Shown here: positions 1-13,322 of the stretch, in pieces | Layout of the letters: each line of letters starts with the position of its first letter | How positions within the stretch are numbered: the stretch's first letter is position 1 | From: Asterias rubens | Taxonomy: Eukaryota | Length of the DNA stretch: 64,000 nt | NCBI RefSeq assembly: GCF_902459465.1 | Contig: NC_047074.1 | Location: 372,001-436,000 of the forward strand | Direction: 5' to 3' | Translations under genes and position numbers: made by a program | The notes under the pieces: generated by a model | Database searches by the model: none | The model's input: the letters and a program-made list of their open reading frames with translations, nothing else | What the model was told of the DNA's origin: nothing

Positions 1-164
1 GTAGATGAGAGCCATGTTGCTTTGCAGACTTTTTACAATTGTTTTTATTTATACTCAATGTTTCAACTCTTGGCGAGTTTTGTTTTTAATCATTTTGCCA
101 TCATTTTGTAGGAATTTTTCCCCTCAATTGTCAAGGAAAAGACTGTGCTTAAAAAACCACTGAA

Positions 165-299
165 TCCCAATATCATAGAGCTGCTGAAGAAGCAATGCTG
201 CTTACTAAAATCTGTGACTGGTATTCTGCTATTTTTTGTTCAACAGGAATTTTGTTTAAAACATTATTTTCTGCTAAAGCAGCTCTGTGAAATTAGGCT
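165..299. mobile_element. Degenerate MITE of the same family in the CAP-Gly 3' region
   Basis: cccaatatcatagagctgct ... agcagctctgtgaaattagg form imperfect terminal inverted repeats. Confidence 0.6.
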
Positions 300-992
300 A
301 TGAAGACTATGGGTAGATTTTGGAAGAGTTTCGGCTATTGCTAGAGAAGTTGAAACTTTTTTTTCTTTCTCATTAGATAAGCAAGAAAGCACTACAAAGA
401 AATCAAAGTCAAGCTTTAGTTTATGAATTGTTTTTATTTTATTTACTTTAAACTAATGAGGGAATATATTTTAAAAAGTTCTCACACACGTCAACATTCA
501 GCAAAACACATTTAGATGTCTTATCAAACAAGTCTGCTCTTAAAGATATCAAAATATAAAAACTAATTACTCTAAAGTAAAATAGGACCATTTGTTGAAA
601 TATCAGTCTGTTTTTATATAAAACTTCAGCATCGTGTTTTGTTAATCCTGAGAATATTATAGTTGCAGATGACTTAATAGCACTTGTGTAGCCATCTTAG
701 GTTTTGCTTAAATAGTCTATAAGATTCAAAATGAGGCTCAAGTCTAATAATGGTCTGGCGACTGATTGGTAGTTTGTTAACTAGCAGTTAAACTAACTTT
801 CTTTGGGTGCAGTTGGTCAATAAGTCGCCATTTGTTATACTTACTGATATGAATGTATTAAGTATTGAATAAATCTCCCTGATATACTGAATTTAATGTT
901 GTATCAATCAATGGAGTCAGTACAAATGATGGAGTCAAGATTGAGACTGAGACCTCTAACACTGGTCAGACACATCAACCCGTCTTGCCATA

Positions 993-2663
993 TCATATTG
1001 ACCATTCTCGAGGCTTCTGGGTACAAGACCAACCCCTCATATCTTGTAGCTTTAAAGCCTCACTAGGCATATGCGTCTTCGGTACCGCTGGACTGCTAAT
1101 AAACGGTGAATCCGTACGACTGTAGAATGTCCGTAATGGTGATGTCCTGCCGTTAGAAATACTCAAATCCATGGCTGATTTTGGACGTTGAGGTTTCTTA
1201 GGAGTTAATGTTCTGCCGATGTTGTGACTACGATGGAAGTCCGGGGTAGGAGCGCAAGCGAAACTCTCCGACTTTGAAAGACATTTTTTACCAGCGTGCC
1301 AGGAAGCATTCATATCTGGAAAGAGAACAATTATATTAATGTTATGACAAGAAATCTGAAGTAAACAAAGGAAATGACGGTGTGCCTTGATGCACTTTTA
1401 TTTTGAGCGCAAAAAGATTATTCTTGGAAAGAATCTGAAACTGAATTTGTATCTTACCATAAAATCCTGCAGATGCCGATCTAGCAAAGGTTTCCGACAC
1501 GGAGACTGGGTCGTATGGGCCAATAACTCGTGGTGCTGTTAGGAATAATGAAAAGAAAACTTCAGGGAAATTGAAAGACAAATTTGTAAAGGTACACGGG
1601 TTAAATATACATTTAGAATGGGAATAATAATGATAGCATTCTTAAAAAGTTGACATACCTGAGGTTGGTCTAAACAGAGTTTCTTCAACATACGACCGTG
1701 GACTCACTGATTTGTACGTATCAAATATACTGGAAAGGAAGAACACAAATTGAGTAAATAGATGTATCTGCTGCTATCCATCGGGTTAGCTCGGTGGTCT
1801 AGAGGTAAGACATCTGCTCTAGCAAATGCAAAGGTCTTGGGTCCGAATCCCACACGATTGATTGTCCTGTGGATTTTTTTCACAGAATTCTTGGAGTACT
1901 GAATCAGTGCTAATAACACATCAATGTTAGCTAAAATACAAATTATTTATATGAGTTAAGTCAAGTTATTAAAGCAAGCCCTATGCCTAGATGTTGTCCT
2001 GTTTGTCATTATTTACTCAACTTCGGTGTAAATTGTTATTGTCTTTACTTCATCTGTGGTTTGCCATTCTTTATTCATTACCATGTATATTAACTTTAAT
2101 GATTTACACAAATGTAACTTTATGGCAACATTGAAATAAATGTGTTGAAATGAATGAATGAATGAAAACTTTTTTTGCTTCCTCATACTACGAAATTAAA
2201 CTTACTTTCTTTTCAAAGGGGTGAACCGAATTCTAGAAGGATGGACAAATATTCCATGTTTTGTTTTACAGGTAAAGTATTCTCGACCTTTGAAGATTCC
2301 ACTATGCTTGCCAACTGCAAAATAAAAATCACATAATTTATGTTGGATAATTAATGTTGGATTACGTTTGATAAAGTTACATTCCACAACGAACATCTGA
2401 ACTAAAGGAAATGCAAAGGGTGCCACAGCTACAGCCCAGGGCACCATGGCAATTGCTATGGGTTATTTCACAAAAGGGGATGTCTGTCTTATGTTCCATC
2501 AATCCACTTGGTTTTTCCTACCTGGTTTGTCCAACTCTACCCCAACCCAGTCCCCAGTGACGTTTGATAATCCTCCTTTATATTTAACCGTAGCAGAGAA
2601 GATTTGTCCCTTGAAGTAAACCTCGACTCGTTGGCCGATACTGATGTTGAGGAAGAGTACCAT
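993..2663 (-). CDS. Small stand-alone CAP-Gly domain protein, about 240 aa, 5 coding exons
   Basis: Exons (plus coordinates) 2522-2663, 2206-2314, 1659-1729, 1458-1535, 993-1315; GT-AG, phases 1/2/1/1, total 723 nt = 241 codons. N-terminus MVLFLNISIGQRVEVYFKGQIFSATVKYKGGLSNVTGDWVGVELDKPVGKHSGIFKGREYFTCKTKHGIFVHPSRI is a recognisable CAP-Gly fold, followed by a Ser/Pro/Arg-rich tail ending REWSI*. The ATG at 2661-2663 has an in-frame TAA 3 codons upstream; the acceptor at 2690-2691 implies a further 5' UTR exon. Confidence 0.85.
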
Positions 2664-3699
2664 TGTGATTTAAACAGGAATCGCAAGATCTGGAAACAGG
2701 GAAAGGAAATACACTTGATGAATTAGAAAAAAACAATGACACACACTCCCATAAATACCTACTACAAATATTTCTCTTGCCCTGATTTTGGGTATTCATT
2801 TTTTTAGTGAATGCCAATGGAAAGTACTACAATGTAGTCTACATCCTATACATGAGATCTCCCTACATACCTCCCCATGCCTAGCCCCAGATATATGACT
2901 ACCCCATACAGTACCCCTATCCCCATCTGACCACACCCCCAACAAAAGGGGGACAATGTCAAAGATACAATATAATTACACTTCAGTGAAAACATTAAAA
3001 CAAAGGTTGTACAAATTGTACTACAATTCACATAGACACAATTTAATGTCAATGATGAGGACTTTCTCCAGATCGAGACTTTCTCATCTCCTCTTACTTA
3101 CCGTCTACGACATAAATCAGTGATTCTAGCTCCCTAAACCACGAACGGACCACCAAATATTCCCCAAACACCTGCAGCACCCCATTCACCTGCAGACGGT
3201 CCTATTATTGTTGTAGTTACGCGTCTTCCCAATATAGATTCTGCCATTATAATGTGGGTATATCATGCGCCAAAACTTTACAAATTGTTCAAATTGGTTT
3301 TTTTTTTAAAGCAAAATATTTATACTATTGTAACCAGAAATATAAAAATAAGCATTAAAATACATTTTTGAAAAATTATAATTTGAAATAAGCAGTTGGT
3401 GTGAAACAAACAAAGAAAATTAATTACGTACACACCTACAAAAATAGTAGACTCTACCAAGTAATTGATTGAGTCTGGTGCCTGCGGAGTCGATAGTGTC
3501 TTTCAATGTTTAAGAGCGGAGGTTGATGTACACACTTACTGTCGCATACCCAGACGTCAAATGGAATCAAAATGGCAGCGCGCACAACAATATTTTTCTT
3601 CTCTGCTTTTCCCTCTGGTTTTTAGATTTCTGAATGAGTCTGCGGGTTTTGTAATCTCCGAGCAACCGTGGGCGTAAGATTGTAAGGTACAGCATCCTT

Positions 3700-4440
3700 T
3701 AGTGATTTCAAGTTTTACAATATTTCTGCTGTTCTGCATATTTTTTCGAACATTACAGGAACATTACAGAATTGTTTTTGCTAACAAAAGGCCATCTATC
3801 TATATCTGGGTCGAGAGAATAGTGAAAAACCGATAACAAATTTTGCATTGCATCGATGCAAAAATAAAAATGAATAAAACGCTCACTGCTGAGCGATAAA
3901 TCCAAACGCGAAGTTAGATTATTTATTTCTCATCAAATAATTGAAGTTTGACATTTCAGACGGAAATTATTTCAAGCAAGGGATGTTTTCAACTATCATC
4001 AACATAGACCTAGTTGCGATAACAAATTCTTTGTTTTCAAATTAAAACAAAGAAGGAGATTGCGGCTTTATTATGGCACCAATTGTTTTACTGATTGAAT
4101 CAATCAGTAAAACAATGGACCGATCCTATCAATCAAACTGTGCGTGTTCACCCATTTGACCAATCACAGCAGTGATTGTGGTCGGACAAACTCGGTCATG
4201 CGTGCGCGTATATATTTGGCACGCGCGGCAGAATCGTGCAGAATTTCATTGGGAATGTTCGTACACGTGTCTTGCTCACGTGTGCGGTGGGCGGAGCTTA
4301 GTGGAAAGCCGGAATGGTCCATTGGTGCCATAAAGCCGCAATCTCCTTCTTAAGTTCTTCGTTCCAGAAAGATGCTAAAAGATTGTTTTTGTTTAATATT
4401 TGAGGTGCTTGTGACTTGTTGACTAGTTCCAACTAGAGCT
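3700..4440. promoter_or_regulatory. Probable bidirectional promoter between the CAP-Gly gene and TAF6
   Basis: Lies between two divergent genes. Locally CpG-rich around 4140-4330, with a CCAAT box (gaccaatca near 4160), two CACGTG E-boxes (near 4263 and 4277) and a GC box (gggcggag near 4290). TSS positions are inferred only. Confidence 0.55.
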
Positions 4441-4454
4441 GTGAAGAGTCAATC

Positions 4455-7400
4455 ATGGCTCCCAACAAACCACGCAAGAAAGCTAAAGCAAACTTGACCC
4501 CTGAGTCAGTGAAGGTCATTGCTGAATCCATCGGTGTTTCTCATCTTCCTGATGACGCGTCTCTCATGTTGGCTGAAGATGTTACCTTCAGACTCAAGAA
4601 TCTCATCCAAGTAAGGACTTAAACCTTGAATTTTTAATTGTTAATGTTGAATTATTCTTTAAGGCATAGGGGTTTTTTCTTCAGTGAAAAATATAAGTGG
4701 GAAAACATATGTGACATGGGTTTCGGCAGACTGAACATAAGTTTGTTGTCTCTTGGAAGAAGGTAATCCAACCAAGGACAAAATAGAGAAATTGTATTTT
4801 CTCACCAGGACGTTGAGGAATGTGATGTTATCTTTATGCAAAATTTTGCCTATTTCTACTCTGGACCAACTCTAACAGTGATAAGAAATGTTCAGCCTTT
4901 AAAATAAATCTATGAGGTTTTTTTCCTCGTGGAGTATTGAGGAATCTGTAATGAATTATCAATCTTTGCGGATAAACTCATTTTAATATTTGTTGCTATT
5001 TTTGCCCACAGGAGTCAGAAAAGTTTGCAAGGCAGAGTAAAAGGAAGAGAGTGTCGACATCAGATTTTGACAACGCCTTGAGGATACAGAATGTTGAGGT
5101 ACAGTCTACTTCCAAGCATGACATTTTTCCTACTAAAGTCTGATTTCTAGTGGTTTGTGTTTCAGAAAAATCAGAAAAATTATGACCTGACTTGATCAAA
5201 GAACCACTCCTCACAGATAAAAAAAAATGATAGTCCCCGCTAGCACTCACTGTGGGTGAGTTGTTTATAAGCATGGTGGTCGTGTAACAATAACATCCAT
5301 AATAACGCCTTGCACCAAGACTATAGTTTAAAAAAATATTTGAAAATCCTTTTACAAATGAAATTGTTGTTAGCGTAAAGTGATTGCCCTTAAGTTCCTT
5401 CTATTTTGTTCTCTTTGTTCTTATTGATTTCCATACAGCCTCTCTATGGTTTTACCACTCCTGAATCCATCCCATTCCGCTTTGCCAGCGGTGGCGGACG
5501 AGAGCTGCATTTTATTGAAGAGAAAGAAGTTGAGTTATCAGATATAATCAGTACACCATTACCTAAGGTGCCTATAGACGTCAGCCTTAAAGGTTAGTCA
5601 TATTGCTTAGTGAAATATTGTGCTAAGCGAGAATCCATACCAGTCAAAAGCAAGTTATATTGCGTTGCATTGTAGCTGGTAAGCTATATTTGCATGATTT
5701 TCCTGCGCTCAGTGTATTTGTTTATTTGATGGAGTTGACTTAGAATCAGGCAATGAATTTTCAAAGTTGAGTTTTTGTTGAAAGGTAAATAAAAAATGGT
5801 TCCAGTTATCTTCACTTATGTGGAGCTGCAAGTAGCCACAAAGTTGCACCTAGATCTTAATTCGGCACAAAGAACACAAATATATGTACATGTATGTAAA
5901 TATAATGAACATTGTTCTTTATCCACAGCTCATTGGTTAAGTATTGAAGGAGTTCAACCGGCTATTCCTGAGAATCCACCTCCAGGTGCGTCAAAACTAT
6001 CAATATTCCAATTCCAACAAATATATATTCATAACTGGGACAATTTCATGGATTTGCTTGTCCATCGCCGAATAGGCTTTCAGATTTAGAATCTTTGTGT
6101 TAGTTGCTGACCTTTTAGAATTTCTTTAATTAATAAAAGTGTTAAACAATTCCGCTGTTTTTCTCTTCACATTAGTTGGACGAGATCAGCAGAAGACAGA
6201 AGCAACGGACACCTTAATCCCCAAGAAGCCGTTATCCAAAGACCAGCTTGGAGGCAAGCCAGGAGAGGATGGGGGTAAACCTACACCCCATGGACTCAAA
6301 GGCAAAGGGGCATTGGTAGCTGAAGCAGTCAAACTCAAACCTGTTATAACACATGAACTGTCTGTGGTAAGTACTTTTTCTTTTAAATTCATTTATTAAT
6401 TCTGGTCGTAAAGCCAAGGACTCTCAGAAAAGCTAATCTAATCAATGTACTATCCGACTTACTAGAGTGCGATTTTAACCTGAGTTCGTTGGTTCAAATC
6501 CCGCTCTCTAGTCAATTTTTCTTTATTAAATCCCAAATGAAATAAAAGAAAACGCCTCTCTAATAATCTAATGAATATTATTGAGCCAATGTTATTTAAT
6601 TTCTTGTAGGAGCAACAATTATACTACAAGGAGATAACGGAGGCATGCGTCGGATCATCAGAAACAAGAAGAGCAGTAAGATGGAATTTTCTATTTTAAT
6701 CTTTGGAACATTAATGGGCATCTCTGAGGACAAACAATGAAAACATGCTAAGCGTAATCAGCCACTGTAATGTTGGTGAGCTGACTGTAAATGTTTGTTG
6801 GCTATACCGGGTGTAGGTGCGGGGTGCAAGGGGACAACCTCACATGAGAAGTAGAGCATCAATTCATCATTGGCAAGTGGTTTATTTAGCCATTTAAGCA
6901 AATTCATGTCCATAATGAAATCAAAATTTGTTTTCACTAAGCTGAAATGAAAATGATCTTTTGATGGCCTTTATGTTTAAAGGAAGCTCTGAACAGCTTG
7001 ACTAGCGATCCTGGACTGTATCAGATGCTACCAAGATTCAGCACTTTCATCTCAGAAGGAGTGAAAGTAAACGTCGTTCAGAATAATCTGGTTCTACTCA
7101 TCTATATTATGAGGATGGTTAAGGCACTGATGGATAATACCACACTGTACCTCGAAAAATATGTAAGTAAGAAGCAAAATGGTGTCATTTCATTTTAAGT
7201 TTTGATTCTAGCCTTGGAGAAAGACTCTGCTAGGGCCCAAACGTCAGGCCAATTTTGCATTTAGACCGTGGGTTCTTTTGGTTGGTAAGCTCTTTACAAC
7301 AGCTAATTCTATTTTCTCTGGACTAGTAAATTAGAAATTAGCAAGTTTTCAAAACAGCCCCCCAATCTTTAATTTATGTTTTCTCAAATTGTTTGATTTA

Positions 7401-10400
7401 AAATTTCTGTTTCACAATGGTATAATAGGTCTCCTACTACAAACTTGCTCATTACTTAATCAAATTTTAATTATTTCAAACTTTCATTCTATTTTTAACT
7501 TGATTGAGCACAAATAAACTGAACTTTTAATGCATTTCTCATCAATGGTTTATGCATCTAACCACAAACTTGTTTGTTAATATTTCAGCTTCATGAGTTA
7601 GTACCAGCCGTCATGACATGCATCGTCAGCAAGCAACTCTGTCTAAGACCAGACGTTGAGAATCATTGGGCATTAAGAGATTTTGCATCCAGACTTATCT
7701 CTGGCATCTGCAAGTAAGTTTCATTAAATTTATTCTGGTCGTTAAGCCAAGGACTGTTAGAAAAGCGAACTTATTGCTGTACTAGCCAACAACCCCAAGG
7801 AGATAAGACAAAGAAGGAAGTTTAAGTTTTAGATGTGTGAGGAAAACCCTACAGAAATATTCTAGGGTGTAAAACCCACGCAGTCAGGTAGGGACTGAAA
7901 ACCTAATCCACACAGTGCCCCCGTTGGGATTCAAACCGGGTCTTAGAGGTGGAAGGCGAGGATAGATACACTGCAAGAATTATATTGCACAATTTATCTG
8001 ATTTCTGCTAAGATTGATCTTACAGCTAAGATGGATCTTACTAGCTTACTCTTCTCTTTTTGCCCTCTGCAGAAAATTCAGCACGACGACAAACAACTTA
8101 CAGCTGCGTATTTCTAAGACGTTTGACAAGTGTCTGTGCGATGAGAAGGCAACAATGGCTGCAGTGTATGGTGCCCTCTCTGGGCTGTGTGAACTTGGAA
8201 CCGAGGTCAGTTTTTCGCATTATGATCCAGATATGGCATGTAGAGGGCGCTAAACAATTGGCTTACCAAACACTTACTTTAACGCACAGAAAGTTAGTTT
8301 CAATCACCAGTTATTCTCCGAACCAACACTACCCAAAGAGATTTACACATGGTGATACGGCAAACCTCAGCTAGAAAGTTAGTTTGACAAAATTTACCAT
8401 ATTGGTAATTTCATATTAAGCAAAAAAGAATTCAGTTATTTGCACTGCTGTAAAGAAATCTTGGGTTCACTTTTCTTCTTTTTGGAGATTAATTAAAAGT
8501 TTGTTATGTCCCTTTATGTCTTATGTCTGAGTAAAATTCAAGAGCTTTCCACCCCCTTCCCTTTCTAGAAGATTTCTGCCAAGACTAAAAACCAACAATA
8601 CCTTTGTTTTGAATGTGTTCAGATCATCAAGACAATGGTGTTAGGTAAACTTCCATCAATCAGCGACAGGGTTAGGTTGGCGTCGGAGTCACCCATCGTT
8701 GGTAATGTGGATAAGAATGCTACAGATCATCTCATACAACTTGTACTGGTAAGACTGCAGTCACAACTTCTATCATTTGATGTTCAATGTTATATTTTTG
8801 AGAAAATACAATTACCTGTTGCAAACTGCTTATCAACCAAAATGATCTATGGTATAAATGCAAAAAATAGTTATGGCCTGACATTTATTTTGGCATATGA
8901 GAACGACTCTGCTAGGCAAGAAGAAAAGGCATTCACATTTGACTGTTTACGTTTTTTTCTTGGGGATCGTAAGAAACTGTTTAAAAAAATACTCATGTGC
9001 CAACAACAAAATGGTCTTGTAGCATGCACTGCGGTTGGTTGCCTCCATTTTGCCTGTAAAAGTTGCCTCATGTGACGAGGCTCCTTAGATTCTTAAAATG
9101 TTTTTTTCTTTTCTTGTTTGTTTATCTCAGAAACACTGCGGTCCATACCTGAAACAGACCCGGTCCACCCCAGATGAAGTTGACGCATACAAGGCTGAAT
9201 TTGGCTTCTTGGGTACCGCACTATTTGCCCAGGTTATTAAGCTGAGAACTCAGCCTGCTCTGTCTGGTTCCCAGTCTTCTTCTAGTCATCATGGGAGACC
9301 ATCATTGAATCTATCCCAGGTGGGTACAGAGGATTTCATTTCATTTATTAATTTGTATTTATTTCATTTATTTGTGGGATCAAGGACTCTCAGAAAAGCA
9401 AACTTAATCACTGTACTAGCCAAGAAACCCCATGGAGAGAGGACAAGGAAGGAAGTTTTATTTTTAGATTTTGGAAGACAACCCTAGGGAATGATTCCAG
9501 GGAAAACCCACGCAGTTTAGCAGAGACTGAAACCCCAATCCATGTAGCCCTTCGGCAGGATTCAAATCGGAGTCTTAGAGGTGGAAGGCAAGGAAAGAAA
9601 CCACTACCAACCATACCACCCAAGATAGAACATGTAGAATGCTGGGATAGTGTGAGTCACAAGTAGTGCTGTTGCATGTCCAGTGTCCTATATCATAGAG
9701 CTGCTTAAGCAGAACGTACTGCTTAGAAAATCCCTGGTTTGCAATAATGAGCAAGATACCAGTTAAACATTAAAAAAATGATATGGTGTTTTGCCTGGTA
9801 ACCTTAATCTGGTTAAAAGATCAGTCGGAATTCAAATTCATCAACATTGTATGAGAGTAAATTTTCCTGAAATTATTGTGAATATCCTTATCGTTCCTCT
9901 ACAGGCTCGCTCCGCCTCTAGCCTTGGACTTATTCCTCGTACCTCTATACCTGGTGGTTCATCACATACAACCCCTATGTCAGCAGGTATACCTCGAACC
10001 CCAACACTCCTAACAAGACCAACCTTCCAGAGGTTGTCCTCATCCCCAGCAGCCTCAAGCTCCCAGAAGATTGTCATTGTGACAACGCCAAACTCTAAAA
10101 GCTCCACCATTGTGTCTCCGCTTCAAGTAAGTGTCGTCTTATTATTTCCTCAAAGATGTTTGTCGATTGACCAAGTTCACTCGACATCATCATCTCAATT
10201 ATCCTGGTTTGGGGTTTAACAAAGAAAGAATGGGACTAGACTAGAGTGGGATTCAAACCAAGGTTTATTGTGGTGCCGCTCTACCAACTTAGCTCTATAG
10301 CATTTTGTTGGTGGTCTCCCTAATAATCTTGGTTGAGCCATTTTTGTGCTATACAGTGTAGAGTTCATTAAGCAATGTGGCATTACATGCCTACCATCAT

Positions 10401-10913
10401 TTGATTGTGACGTTTAACTTCTAAAGTAGCAAGCTCAGCTGACAGTTGACGCTTTTGACATTGGTGCAAGGGGCCATAAACAACTATTTCTATAAATCTG
10501 ATTGAGTTATGTAATCTGTGATGTGCGTTTTAACTAACTCAATTTCTTTTCTTTCTCAGACATCAACAATAGTTACTTCACCGCCCTCCACTCCAACCCA
10601 AACAACGTTCGTCAAAGTCATCGGTGGCAGTAAGACTACAACCCCAAAGTTTAGCACCCCGACTCCCGCAGGCACTTCCACACAGAAGATCGTTGTAGTG
10701 ACCCAGTCATCAACTGTTATCACCAGACCACCCCAGCAGCCATCGCCAAAGGTCAAAGTTGAAATGCCGAGCGTGAAGGTCGAGCCGCAAGATTCACCAT
10801 CTGGGACGTCAGGTGCAGAGACCAACATGTTGATGTCGCTGGTTCATGCTGCAAGTATGCAGTCACCTTTAAGCACGGAAGGAGAGTTGAAGACTGAAGG
10901 TGGGGCGTCTTAA
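4455..10913 (+). CDS. TAF6: TFIID subunit 6, about 679 aa, 13 coding exons
   Basis: Exons 4455-4610, 5012-5098, 5439-5592, 5929-5985, 6176-6366, 6610-6675, 6983-7162, 7589-7713, 8073-8205, 8623-8748, 9131-9319, 9905-10126, 10560-10913; 2040 nt in frame. H4-like histone fold ([12 protein letters not shown]...DFDNAL), [57 protein letters not shown], and HEAT-repeat motifs LYQMLPRF and NHWALRDFA are all TAF6 hallmarks. AATAAA at 11111 and 11461. Confidence 0.97.
7728..7977 (-). mobile_element. tRNA-derived SINE copy, antisense in TAF6 intron 8
   Basis: About 250 bp homologous to 9366-9612 and partly to 6392-6447. The reverse complement shows a tRNA-like head with a B-box (ggtttgaatccc). Confidence 0.7.
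9366..9612 (-). mobile_element. tRNA-derived SINE copy, antisense in TAF6 intron 11
   Basis: Collinear with 7728-7977 (caaggact.t.agaaaagc.aactta...gtactagccaa...gtcttagaggtggaaggc.agga). Confidence 0.7.
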
Positions 10914-12434
10914 AGGTGGAGGGTTACCAAGAACAGGCCTGTATGTTTTTTTTTTGGAAGGGCAAGGGCACCAAGGCATTTTCTCCTTGGTAAAGGGCGA
11001 CCTATGAGGAAATTTCTAATTAGCTGAAGTTGACATCGTTTAGTCAGATACAAGACGTTTGTTGATCATAGATTTTCACATCTGCTGAATTTTTTCATCA
11101 TGGTTTTTTAAATAAATTAATTGAATAGGTTTCTATGGATATTATTAATTTTCAAAACTTCACAGAAGAAATCATAAGTAAATTTGTCATCAAAAGTTAA
11201 ATTCTTTTATTGCAGAAAACATCATAGAGTGTATATTATATAAGTGCATGGGTTATTAATACAGTTTTATTTACAAGGTTTTTGTTTTGTTTTTACAGAA
11301 ATATGTACAAAACTTAAATTTTATCAGTGAATAGTTGTAGTCAACACCCTAGATGCACAAAGGACTGCAGATATACCAATGTAGCCTAATTCTTAGTGTA
11401 AAGTTTATAAAACATGTGAAATGCAATGTTACCATGTTCACCTTCTAATAGTATACTGTAAATAAAACATTTTTCTGCTACATCCTTTTTCTTCTTATTT
11501 AGACATCCATTTTCTCCCCATAATACAAAATACAAACAAATATTTGTGGTTGCTGATACTTTGAGTTCTATATTAACATCCAAGTAGTCATGTTTGGTTC
11601 CAGAATGATGAAGTTCTAAGGCAGGGGCTATAACCAAGGCACTGTGAACATCGTGGCATTATAACATTATAAATAGTTGTAAACTACACCCAGATAAGAA
11701 TATATTCCTATTCACTGAGCACAGGTACAACAGGAAATCAACTTAATTAACATTAGTTACAGACAATTAAGCAAGAGTTTGCTCTTATGCAAATTTAGGG
11801 TTAGGGTTGGGCAATGAAGTTTTTCTTTTTGCATTTTGATTATTCATTTCACAAGAACATTGAGCTGACAACTTGATCATGACAGAGAAATAAACAGGAT
11901 GAATTGGGAATCAGAAAAGAAGAAAAGTGACAATCTATAATTATTGAGAGCTTTGTTTATAGCCACAGCCTAGTCCAATACGATCATCTGTCAATCTTAA
12001 GTTTTATCTGACAAGTCAATTTCTTATCTGAGTTAGTTTTATTTCTATTTTGTCATCTGTACATGTAAATGTGTACAATAACATTGTTGATTCAGCCATT
12101 TTAGCCAAAAAATGCTTACAGTAATTATGGCCAGGTAATACTTTCAGAAACAATTTGTTTAACTAGGGACATGACAAAATGACTCATTTCTACTAAGCAA
12201 GATATCTCTGCTTAGCAAATTGATGAGGAACCAAATCAGGTTGAATATATCAAAACAGACTTCTGCACAGCAGAAAGTATATTAACATAGTAAGCACGAA
12301 ATCCAGACATAACAGTCTAAAAGAAATGTCCACAAAAACTCAAAAACACCAAACATACGACTGAAATATGTAAATAGAAACAAGCTTATTACAATGGCAA
12401 GATTGACTTTCCTCATTCACCAGTTACAACGGTT

Positions 12435-12440
12435 TTTATT
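12435..12440 (-). terminator. Candidate polyadenylation signal for a long angiomotin 3' UTR
   Basis: Minus-strand AATAAA preceded by TGTA elements (tttgtacaaa...ttgttaataaaaacc). Assignment to angiomotin is inference. Confidence 0.35.
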
Positions 12441-13322
12441 AACAATATAAACAAATGCGTAAATGGATTTGATATATAGCTTTGTACAAATGGTCCAGCC
12501 AGTGGAAAAGTTTGAGAAATGTAGCCAAATACGCTAAAGTTTTACGTAATAAATTTGCATATAGTTTTAACATTGAATAGAGTACAGGCAAGCACACACC
12601 CCTCTAAAGTTTGGCTCCGTTGACACACCGTACTGCATTGCTAAACGGATCAAACCACTGAATGTTACTCATCATAGACTGAAGTACTGTGTATTACTTT
12701 AGAGCATACCCTTATTGAACATAGTACATAGGCATGTATTAACTGTACACAAGTTGTATAATATTCATCCCTTGTTGAAATCATCTCATTAACAGTAAAC
12801 CCGGCATCGCATAAACTTGTGCACTACAGCGTATAACACATGGGGCGGTGCTTCCCAAAATGGCGCAATCAAGACTATTGTAATTAGGTAAATTTAAGAT
12901 CAATTCCACCTTGCTGCTTAGCATAAGTTAAGTATCAACAAATATCAATGAAAACTTGCCAGTATTTCAAACAGTTTTATCCCTTTCGCATACATACTCA
13001 AACAAATTTAAAACACTTGTTTGATATTTTTAATGTAAATTTACTAATTTAAGTTTGGAATTATTGGCAGAGCCCTTTGTTGGTGACCTTTACTCAGGTT
13101 GAATTGACACAGTTTGACACATGTGGTTTATTTACCAGTACATGTTATGCAAGACTACATTCAATCTTATTCCTTTGTCTAAGACCCTTTGTGACCACCC
13201 AGCTGTCCAACCATTCAACCAGCACATGCCAAGTATTACATAAGTTCTTTTCTGTTACTAAGCAAGGTCTGGTAATTCACAATAGTCCCAAAGTGGAGAC
13301 TTTTGTTAAGATTTTTGCCTCA

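Noticed and set aside
1781-1860. Functional tRNA gene (also 48400-48480)
   Set aside because: A- and B-box-like motifs are present, but I could not fold a clean cloverleaf, and the same head recurs with a shared tail, consistent with SINEs. tRNAscan-SE would settle it.
8749-9075. 146-aa ORF extending TAF6 exon 10
   Set aside because: Read-through into the intron past a canonical donor at 8749; TAF6 homology resumes at 9131.
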